From Chrysomallon squamiferum (lineage: Eukaryota; Animalia; Mollusca), in assembly GCA_012295275.1 (NCBI GenBank), contig CM022666.1, positions 7,130,001-7,194,000 of the forward strand: a DNA stretch of 64,000 bases, read 5' to 3'. Within the stretch, counting starts at the first letter, position 1, and every line of letters begins with the position of its first letter. The notes under the pieces are model-generated. The model was given only the letters and a program-made list of their open reading frames with translations. It made no database searches and had not been told where the DNA came from. This document shows, one piece after another, positions 1-11,784 of the stretch. The position numbers were made by a program, and so were the translations under genes.

Positions 1-1149
1 TAAATACATATACTCCTCTTCAACTGTTAATAAATTCATTTATGTTAAGAGTACTCACTGAGATACCTGTTTACATCTAACAAAATAACTGAGACAATAT
101 CCTCTACATTTACAAGAAAATCTTCACATTCAAAAAAGATCTGCCATATTTATGAATACTCAACTTCTTTAGTGAATGCTGTAACAGTAACAATTTTTAC
201 TTTCCTTTCTACATGTGGTCAACTTAGCAATCATATCATATACACTCAGTTGCTTAATATCTTTGTTTTAACCACATAACGACACCCAACATCCAGTTAT
301 TTGCTAATGTTGTAGCACTGATAGGCAGTCAGTCATTCAGTACACTGTGTATGTATTATTTCATGCTGGTTCAGAATATCATCTACTTCTGTAATAATTC
401 ACGTAACTGCCTGTTTGATGATACCCACGAGAATAGTGATCAGATTAAAACTTTAAAAAAAAAAAATAATAATATCTGTAGCGTTCATTAATTAAAAGGT
501 GATTATGGTATTTGGAGTAGAATGTGTTAATGAAGTATTATCAAAATTAAACAGAATATATTAAATGTGTGAATAGAGTTCTGTGTGCTGTGTGTGGAGA
601 GTAGGGGTGAATGTTTGTGAGCTGTCTGAATTATTTGAGTTCTGTGTTTTCTATTGTTTCGCTGGTTGATTGTAAGTCCACTGCATTTACTATGGAAGTC
701 TTCACTAGTTTACTTTTCTTTCTTTTTTTTTTTCTTTCTTTTCTTCTTCTTTATTCTTCTTTTTTTTTCTTTCTTAATTTTTTTTTTTTTTTTTCTAATT
801 TCTTGTCAATTAAGATATTTGAAGTTTTTTTAGTTTTTTTTTAAATCTTGCTTTAATATAATAAAAGTATCAACCCTTGCAAACCACCACCCCAAATAAA
901 AATAAAATAAAATAAAATAATCATAAAATAATTATAAAATTAAAAATATATAAAGAAATGTTTTATAAAATATAAGGAAATAATAAGATGGGAGATTTGT
1001 TGAAAATAATAAATAGTAGATCAGTGATGGTAAAAAGTAAATTTTAGATTGATGATAATAATTAAAAAATAGAAACTTGATGATAATGATAATAAAATAG
1101 TTTAGTGAATGTTAATGATAATGGTAAGAAGGATAAAGGATAGGAAAGA

Positions 1150-1570
1150 TGTTGTTAATGATAAAAAAAAAAGTAGTCTGGTGATAATCACAGGGTAGAC
1201 TGATGATAAGAATGTAGACTGATGATAAGAATGTTGACTGATGATAAGAATATTAACTGGAGATATATAAAAAGAAAGTAGATTGATGATAAGAAAGTAG
1301 ATTGATAATGATGATAAAACAGACTGATGGTAATGGTAAGAAAGTTGACTGATGATAATGATAAGAAAACAGATTGATGATAATGATAAGAAAACAGATT
1401 GATGATAATGATAAGAAAGTTGACTGATGATAATGATAAGAACGTAGACTGATGATAATGATCAGAAAACAGACTGATGGTAACGGTAAGAACGTAGACT
1501 GACAATAACGATAAGAAAACCAGATTGATGATAATGATAAGAGAGTACATTGATGATAATGATGATGATT
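1150..1570. repeat. Intronic minisatellite, ~21-24 bp unit (GACTGATGATAATGATAAGAA-like)
   Basis: Many degenerate tandem copies of gactgatgataa(tgat)aagaa. Explains the spurious ORF 1188-1550. Confidence 0.85.
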
Positions 1571-3026
1571 AAAAAAAAAAAAAAAAAAGATAAATAATTT
1601 TGTGGTCAGTGGACCACTTTCTTTATTATGAGCTCATTGGTTATTTTTGAAGGTCTAGTGCCAGTGTTTTCCAAAATGGCTGACTCTTGGTTGGACGAGC
1701 TTGCTAAACTGGGAGGCGACTGGGCACTAGCCGGACTTGGATGGCCAGTCCCTCGCTTTCTTGACCGCCCACCCCCCCAGCAACGGTAGTGGGTTTTTAG
1801 CTAAGTTGTCTGCCCTTAGCATTGTCAGATTTATTTATATTTTATATATTTTCTTTTCTTTTTTGTTTGTGTAACGATGATTATGATGTAAGAACTTAAA
1901 ATGTAGATGAATAATGTTGTTTCTTTTTTTTTAAATATGTTAAAAAGAAATAAAATGTTTTAAAGTTGCTATCTGCACTGATAAAATGCAGCTTTTTGTT
2001 TGATGATTTTTTTTTTTTTAAATATTATTGTGTTTGGTGTTATAGGTGGGTTTTTTTATTGTTTGTGTTGTGTTTTTTTTTTTTTAAATATGTTAATTAA
2101 ATGCAAATTTTATTTTATTATTATTTTTTTCCTCCCATTTTATGATTTGAAAATTTTGACTTTGAAATAGCAAATAATTGTATATAATCAGAATTTTAAT
2201 GTTAAAAGTGATCATTATATAAATACCTCGAATCATTCCAACAATAATTCAGTCTGATAATAATATTAAAATACAAATATACCAGTGAAAACAAAAATGA
2301 TTTGTGTTTGCTTCAAAACAAAAATGGATAATAATAATAATAATGACAACAACAACAACAACAACAAAAGAAAGAAAGAAGATAAATATATTTAATTAAT
2401 TAAAAATTCTAGGTTCCAAAAAAAAAAATGGAAACTAACTTTACTTTGATTTATTTTATTTAAGAAAATTTTTATTGATTTTATTATTACATCATCATAT
2501 TCATATTTTCAAAATAGCATCCATTACTGCAAAATATTTAGTGCAGATGGCATCTTTCAAAAATGATTTTGTTAGCAAAATCTTCCCTTATAAATTAGAA
2601 ATAAATTTTTAATTTTAATTTTTTTAAAGTAATATACTGTTGCTAAAACATTATATTTGATAATTCAGATAAAAATTAAAACATGGAACATATATTGTTT
2701 TCTGTTTTGAATATATTTATATATATATATATATATTTTTTTTTTTTTCATCAATAAAAAAAATGACAATGGCAGATAATTTGCTAGTATGATGGAAATC
2801 TGTAAAAAATTATTAGTTTAAGTTTCATATATACTGGTATAAAAAGAAAAATAATGTCTTGGAGTCTACATTCATTTCTTTAAATTTATTAAAAAAAAAA
2901 ATAAAGCAATAATGTCAAAAATGTTGTTGATGGAATTTTATGTTTCAAACATCCTCATATTTTGATATCATCGTCATGGAAATGGTTTTGTAGAGTTTTT
3001 TTTAAAAGTGTTCTTTGTTTTTTCAG

Positions 3027-4037
3027 ACACGACTGATGAATCAGCAGAAACTGAAAACATCTTTGTGTGCAAATGGAGTAACAGCACCAGCAATATACAC
3101 ATCGTCCCTTGACTGCTTTGCACAGGTACTGACAGCATCCTGCCTTCATCGTTCATGGTGTAGCTCAAGAATGATAAACCACTGCAATAAATGAATAAAT
3201 TAGATAGACAGACAGACAGAAAGATATACACAGACAGACAAAAAAACAAACAAGAAAAACCACATACAGACACAGATACACTCATACAAATATGTGCAAA
3301 CACAAATAGAAATAGCGTTTTATCACATTATACCCTAATCAAAACAAGTAAAAAAAAATTCATCAGAAATTTTTATATAAAATTAATTAATTTCTTTAAT
3401 TAATTAATTTATGTTGTTATTACTTCTTCTTTTATTTTCTTAGCAAAATCTTCCCTTATAAATTAGAAATAATTATAAATTAGTAAACATTTATAATGAT
3501 AAATAAAACTTTCAGATAACAAGAAAATGAGGAAGATAGTTAAAAATTAAATGATCCTCTTTCATTAGAATGTTGTGGTTTTTGTTGTTTTTTTGTTTTT
3601 GTATTTTTTTTTTTTTTTTTTTTTGGAAATTGAAAGGACATCAATATAGTATATGTTATTTTTATTATAATAAAAGTTTCATTTTTATTCTTTTCAGACC
3701 ATCAAAACAGAAGGAGCAATGGCATTATATAAAGGGTTTATTCCAACATGGGTTCGGCTAGGTCCATGGAATATAATTGTATCCTTAAGAAAAAAACACA
3801 AAAAAAAAAACATCAATTTTTTAAATTTCTAAAATATTTTAATGGCATTGCTATTTCAAACTTAATATTTTGTTTCTTAATTTATTTTTATTTACTTACA
3901 TATAATCCGTTTTTATATAAATTTATTTAATAATAATTAATTATCAGTTTTTAATATTTATTTATTAACGGTTTGCTTTGTTTCCTTAACTCTTGCAGTT
4001 CTTTATGACTTATGAACAGTTGAAAAAATTGTATTGA
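3027..4037 (+). CDS. SLC25A30: Mitochondrial carrier, UCP5/KMCP1 (SLC25A14/SLC25A30) family; last three coding exons, 5' part presumably upstream of the window
   Basis: Exons 3027-3125 ([33 protein letters not shown]), 3698-3778 ([27 protein letters not shown]) and 3999-4037 ([12 protein letters not shown]) join in phase 0. The C-terminus matches the KMCP1/BMCP1 end ([30 protein letters not shown]). Invertebrate co-ortholog of SLC25A14 and SLC25A30. Confidence 0.93.
3779..3998 (+). other. U12-type (minor spliceosome) GT-AG intron
   Basis: 5' splice site GTATCCTT at 3779-3786; branch site TTCCTTAAC at 3982-3990; AG at 3997-3998 with no extended polypyrimidine tract. Splicing restores the conserved WNII/FFMTYE junction. 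Confidence 0.93.
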
Positions 4038-6753
4038 TGCATTTGGAGTTATCCCCCTTCTTTGCATTTCTTCTATAATGTGCTTCAAGCGATACGCTGT
4101 GATCACCAATGATGAAAGCCTGGTTGCTCAAGCTGCAAAATATTTTACCATCATTTGCAATGGGAAAGAATAGAAATTGTCAGCTTGTTAAAATAAAATC
4201 TCTAATGAGCAAAGGTCAAGGTTACAAAGAAAAATGTGGACATATCACAAAGTGGAAATGGAACTTCGCAATCTAGTAGTCTCATATTTGAGGAATATTG
4301 GACAATGGGTTTTTTGTTTTTTTGTTTGGTTGTTTTTAATTAGTCTTACTCCTAATTAAAACTCGCACAAAATTATTTTTTTAGCATATTTATATGAATA
4401 ATGATGATTTCATTGTAATAACTGCTATTTAATACTCAAAAGATAATAATTATTTTCATGGTGATTTATTTGTTATATTATTTATTTTAGGAGGTTTAGA
4501 ATCTTGTAAGTTGCTAAAATTTATGTTGGGTGGCAGAAATGTATGTGAAAATAGAAAAAAAAAAGGGGAAAAAAGCAAAAAGGAATGTAGTTTCTTAGCT
4601 GGAAATGTGTTTTCTAAAATCTTTTTGTTTTTTTTGGTAAACTTTTTATTTCATTTTTTTTTTTTGCAGAATGGGAATTTTGAAGGTAAAATATGTATTA
4701 CATTTTAACATGGCTTTAAAAGTAATCATTATTTTTCTTCCATAATCAATAATTAAAATTATTATTTCTTTTTTTAAAATTTGGAATATTTTTAATAATA
4801 AAACAATTAGAAATTGGTTCCATTTTTTTTAAACAGCTTCCTTTCTTCTCAAATGTGTCCTTGTCCATACTCATTTCTTAAATATGCAAATTTGTCTGAT
4901 TTATCATTTAATTTCTAAATAAGCTTGAATACTTTTACATCATACTTTGTTATTAACAAAGAGTGGTTGTTAATACCACTGAGAAAAGTAACTGTTTTGT
5001 ATAATTACTTTAAGTATACATCTTAGTTAATATGAATGACAAAAATAATAGTGAAATATAATGATCAACTTTAAACAAAACAAAAATTTAATTATTTACA
5101 CATTTTATATATATATATATATGTGCAAATATATATATATAAGTAAATATTTTCAGATTATTTTTCATTTTATTTGGTTGTTTTGTTTTTATTCGTCATA
5201 TTTTTAAAAATTATAATTTGTTTTTTGTTGCTAAAATATATCTTTAGTTAGAAACTGATGTTAATAAGAATTTTGTTTGCTTTGTTTTTGTTTAATGTTT
5301 TTAAACAGTAGATTACAAAATAAAAAATATATAAATAAATAAATAAATCTTGAAATTGTACTTTCAGTTTGAAACTGGACATTTTTTTTTTTCTATTAGC
5401 AGTATTTAAATGTTCTATTTTTAAGACTATCAGTATTTCTTTTTTCAAAAAATCTACTTTACAGCCAATGTTTAATAACTATGTGATGGATATAGATTTT
5501 TAAGCAAAGAAAGTTGAATATAAAATTTGTTATGCCATTTCAGGATGTAGATGAAATCATTGGATAATTTATTAAAAAATACTTTTAAAATAAAGTTTAA
5601 AAAGCTAAATATGTATATTTGTGTTCATTTGCAACGATCTCTTTTTAAAAAAAAAATAATATTTTTATTCATGTCTCAGCACTTTGTACACATAAGAAAT
5701 AAAAATATTTATAAAAAAAAAAGATTTTGTTTTCTTCATTATCATCATCATCAGCATTATTGTTGTCATTGTTTATTTATTTATTTATTTTTGTGAGCCT
5801 TAAATCATTCTCTGATGATTCAAATATAACTGAGAGGGGCATATAATCCAGAATCTTGGGTTGTCTGCCCATGTTACTGATATCTCATTGTTTTAGAAGA
5901 CAGTAACATTCACTTAACTTTAAGAAGTAATAGTTTTGCTACTTGCCTTCCTTGAGTGATGGCTGATGCTTTAAAGTAACCCTTTCATTTATCTGATCCC
6001 ATAAATCTAATTGTTTGATCATAGCTGAAATGTTGCTCATCAGTGTCATACAATTAGTTAATGATAATTTAAGGAGATGGAGCTGTAAAATCGGTCAAGG
6101 GAGAAAGTTCTCTGCATTCATCAATTTGTTGTAAAATAATGTATTAAATTTTGAAGTTTTCTTTATAAAATTATCAACGGTTCGTGGTAGTTTAACATCG
6201 AATATTTATTTAAACCAATCTGTAAATTCAAACTGATGTTTAGAAATAAAAATACTGTTATATTATTTTTGTAAGAAGTTAGGCTATCAAGCTCGCAAAA
6301 TAAAAATTAAGCATAATATGGATTGAATTTTATTCTATAAATACAGCTCTGACTGAAACTAAATTGTAAAAAGAAGATTAATATCTTTTCAGAGAATTTA
6401 TATTAAAAAAATACTAATTTCAGATTACATTAAGCTCCAAATACATAGTCTCCTTGAGTAAATAGCATAATTATGATTACAGAAAAAAGTCATGAATTAA
6501 ATTGTAACTAAAAATTAAATGTAAAATGAAATAGAATATATATATATATATATATAATTATTTTTTTTTACTAATAACTGTCTTTGTAATGTAAAAATAT
6601 AATTTATTTTGTAAAACGGGGTGCCTTTAACTTCGTGCATCTGATCTTTGGGCAATCACATTTAGTCAGACTTATCTCCCTTAGTTGTAAATCACAATGG
6701 TGACTACAAACGAATTATCTGGCGTTTAGCCGTTTTATCTTTTATTTAATAAA

Positions 6754-7450
6754 ATGAGTAAAGCCAGACGTCGTGTAACAGTAGATACTGAAAAACCAGT
6801 TTCAGACGATTCAGGAAAAAGAAAGCCAAGCGTATTTGAGAGATTAGGACCAGGTGGCGCTCAACGAAAATACGAAGAAGTAAGGGAAACAAATGTTTAT
6901 TTCATTAAAACGATTTTATATCGAAACCAATGGATAGAAATTACGTTTTGCAGTTTAATTTGAAGGTTAAAGAAGGTGAATGACCAGCTTCTTAATGAAA
7001 GCAGTTTTCTTCATCATCTGTGTGATCAACAATCTTAGGTGCCGTTCCCTAACATGTTGGGAAAGCTGTCGCGAGGGGTGTAGACTCATGACGTAGCTGT
7101 ATTGATTTAAAAATATTTTTTTTTTAGATCTAATATTATAATTAGACCATCCTTGTTTACATAATTTGGTTATATCACTGATTTGATGCATTTGTTGATC
7201 ACTACAGGTTTTAAATTAATTTGACTTGGTGAAAACAAGTGGTTATTAAAAAAATGCTTAATAATAGAATTGCATTTATATAGTTTTTCGAACGTGTTTT
7301 ATGCACTGTTTGATAGAAAATAAATTCAGATTTTTTGTGAAATTATGTTTGTTAAATGCAATAATATCTAAATATTTTTCATGAGTTGAAGTATTACAGG
7401 ACAGGTTGTAAATTTAATTTTAATTAATTTAATTTAATTTAATTTAATTC

Positions 7451-7505
<55 letters not shown>

Positions 7506-10500
7506 GCCAAGAAGTGATTCGCAGTATTCGGACAGATGTCGTAACTGGTTACTGAAAGGTACTTGCACATTTGGTTCACAGTGTAAATATCAACATGGAC
7601 CTTTGATTGGAAAACGAAAATCAAAAAGGTTCGTTAAGAATAAGATTTTAAAATTTATTTTAATTTAATGATTAAGAAACAAAGCAAAATGGAGAAAAAG
7701 ATTATTATTTTAGAAACATGCTTTAGCAGAAAGTGCAATAAAGAAAAAGAAAAAAAGATTAACAGTTTACAACATTAATGAATTTTTCAATATATCTTAA
7801 GAAAAACTTCAATGAATTAATGAATTAATGATTATTTCTTTACTGCTGTCATGATGTATTTTAGTTACAATGGTTATTAAGTATTTTTCTAATTTTGAAT
7901 AATAATGAATTAAAAATAAACTTGAAACTTATTCCACTGAAATTACTAACATACCACCATCTTGGATGGGATAACCTTGTCATATTGTTAGTCAAAAATT
8001 TAGAAATACATTCCAAGAAATGACTAAACTGTGGATTACTAAATTCATATTATTTTACCTACTAAGAGAGTCTTTCCAGTTTGTTTCTTCTTTTTACAGC
8101 AGAGTTCTGTTAAATTCTTTAAAAATATTTTTTTTTTTTTAAATTTTCAGCAGCTCTAGCAGAAAAGAAGACAGTCCTGATGACCTCCGACTCCGAGTGA
8201 AAGGTCACCATGGTGACAGTGACTCTGCCTCACCTGATCCTCATGTAAGACAGAAACGAGATGAGATGAAAATAAAGTCGACTGTTGTTGTAAAAAAATC
8301 TGGTGTCCATGACAGTGGTGATGATACAGAAGACTCTGATAACTGGGCTGTAGAAAGTAATTATTTAATATTCATTATAATAAGGAAGTAGAAAGTAATT
8401 ATGTATTTAATAATCAGTGTAAGGTAGTAGGAAATAATGATCTATTTAATATTAAATGTAAGACAGTAGAAAGTAATTATGTATTTAATAATCAGTGTAA
8501 GGTAGTAAAAAAATAATTATCTATTTAATATTAAAGATAAGGCAGTATAAATTAATTATTTAGTATTCAGTATAATAAGGAAGTAGGAAGTAATAATGTA
8601 TTTAATATTAAATATAATAAGGAAGTAGAAAGTAATTATGTATTTAATATTAAATAAAAGGCATTATTATTTAATATTTAGTGTATAATGAACACAGCAT
8701 TTTGTTTAGACTTCATATGTGTTAATAATTTAAAAAATTCAAATTCTTTAAAAAAAAAAAAAAAAGTAAAAACACAAATAAACTACTCACTCTGTTTTTC
8801 ATTGTTACTATTTTTATTTATTTCTCTGTTTATTTTATTTTTGTACAGTAAATCTACTCATTCTGTTTTTTTATTATTATTTATTACTATTTTTATTTAT
8901 GTATTTATTATCTTTGTAGAACTGGACTATAAAAAAGAGCTGGAACTAGAACAGAAAACGACAACAACTGCAGCGAGAATTGAATCAGCTGGCAGCAATG
9001 GATGACGAACGAGAGAACATCACCATCGAAAAGAAACTACCGAAACCTGCAGACCATGTGAGATCATTCACTGATGATGTTGTTTTTATTTTTCTTTATT
9101 TTTTATTACGTTTTTAATTTTTTTTTTTAAATGAAAGTAATATTGCATGTTGTAAAAACATTCATTTATATATATATATTTACACTTTTATTTATTTTAT
9201 TTTATTTTATTTTATTTTATTTTATTTTATTTTATTTTATTTTAATTTATTTTATTTAATTTTATTTTATTTTTAATTATTTTATTCATAAGAGTTGGTT
9301 CCCTAGCTTTTCATGTTATTTTGGTTTTGTTTATAAATTTCAGTAGTATGGCAACAATCTGGCACTTGCAATAACACTTTTCTGTGTGTAGTATTAACAC
9401 ATTGGTCAGTTATGAACAAAATAGTGAAACCAACACATCCAATATCATTTAGTTCAGTTATTTTCAAGTATGTATCATTTCTTTCTTTCCTTATTTCACT
9501 CTAAAACAGTTAATTTTATTTTTTATTTATTTTTTCATTTATTTATTTATTTATTTTTTATCAGAGACCAATAAGTGAAAAATCTGATTCTGACCATTCT
9601 CCAGATCACGGTCGTCTAGCAGGAAAGAAAAAATCTCCAAACACTCCGTAAGTTTTTTCCATCGTAATAAAATATCTTCTAGAACATTTGATTGTGCATT
9701 TAATTTGACTGATAGGTATGAAAGAATGTCTGACAAGACCAGCATGCTATTTTTCTGTAAGTGATTGTTAGGTATCAGATGTACATTTATGATGATGATA
9801 GAGAGGGTACATGACACAGGTCAGTGGTACAGTATCTACTGAAGGTGGGATTGATCTCTCTTGATATAGACATTTCACCCCACTCCTTGTCCTTCGATCT
9901 GGTATAACAGAGGATGTAATGCAATCCCTTCCTTGTCCTTTGCATCTGGTATAACAGAGGATGTAATGCATACTGTCTTCTGTGTGGGAAATGAGTATGG
10001 CTGTGGGTGTCTTCTTTTGTTGTCTAAGTGATCTTTAACCCTGTGTCCGATACTGTTTAACAAAAAATGTTTGTGCAGTGTTTTGTTAAATAAAACATTT
10101 CCACCCCACTATAATGAATGATACAAGGGAAGAAACTTGCTTTCGTCACTGCAAGGATTGTTATAGATCAACTTTGCTTGTTTTATATATTCAAGTAGAG
10201 AGATTTAAAACACATACCACAGCTTTTGATACTGGTTGGTAAAGGAAAAAAAAACTCCTGAGATTATTTCCTGGGACCTATCAGTCTTAAATACATCATT
10301 AAGTTTTATTTCTGACTTTGATATTAATTTAAAAACACACACACACACACAATCTTTTTTAAGTCTCCCTATTATAAAGTGAATACATTTAATTATTTAA
10401 TTATCAGTACCAACATTATTGTTTGACATCTGTTGATCATAATATTTATATATAATTAACTATTACCAATTGTTTCCTTGAATAAACATTTTTTTTTTTC

Positions 10501-11741
10501 TACAACACACTTGAATGTATAACAAATGTATAGACTTTACACTTCAGTAACCTTGCATGTATTATTATTAGTGTACCTAGTTTGATCATTAAATAACAGC
10601 AGGTGTTAAATACGAATTTTAATCACCAAAGAAACAGAACAAACAAACAGTTTACATTTTTTATTGAATGTTTATGTTAAATGTGTACTAAATGATTCAT
10701 AAATCAATTTCAAATATGGTAATCTTGGCTGTTTTCAATACAGTATTAATTTACATTTTTCAGTATAAACTTATGTGGTTTTTAGATTTAAACTCGCATA
10801 TTAACACAGTCAAAGTTCAGGTACATTTACATTACTGTACATTCGTCTAGGTAATGGCATTTATAAAGGCCTGGTAGAATTTTTTCTCAGGAAGATACAA
10901 TGTCAGTGTTTATTGTAAATAATGCATATAAAACACTTTTCTTTATTACACAAATGGATCATAAACATTTTTCTGTGTTTTTATAAATTATTATTACCTG
11001 TGTATCTGTATCTGTGTTTCTATCTGTCTATCTGTTTATGTTGGTAGTATAAACATATATATATATATATAAAGTAGAAATGTATGTAAATGTTTTGTTT
11101 TGTTCTGTGTTATTACATTATAATATTATATTAGATTAGATTACATTACATTTATTATGTTATATTTATACTGTATTATGATATGCTATATTAATACTAC
11201 ATTATACTTTACTATACTAATATTATACTTTACTATACTGATATTATACTTTACTATACTAATACTTTACTGTTAGTATACTATTTTGTACTGTACTGTT
11301 CTGTACTATACTATATTATACACTATATACTGCATTGTGTTCTACTGTAGTTTACTGTATTTTTCAGTACTGTACTGTAATGTACATACTATACTAATGT
11401 TATACTATTCTATACTCTGCAGTAATCTGCTATACTATGTTCTACTGTATTCTACTAAAGCTATGTAGTGCTTAATTTACTGATACTATACCAGACTAGA
11501 CTAGACTGTTTTATTCTACACTATACTATACAGACTCTGCTTTTCTATACCATACCACTTAATACTATACAACTCTATACCACACCATACCATACCATAC
11601 CATACTGACACTATATTGCATTGTTACACTATATTACAGAAATGCAATTAATTAACTTGTTTATATACTTTAAACTTGCTTATTTTGCTTTATGGTATTT
11701 TGTAAATAATAAAAAAAAATTAAATTTATTTATTTATTTAC

Positions 11742-11784
<43 letters not shown>

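Noticed and set aside
1676-1789. 37-codon ORF (MADSWLDELAKLGGDW...) in a GC-rich island
   Set aside because: No recognisable homology or fit to the carrier reading frame. More likely a non-autonomous transposon remnant with short inverted repeats.
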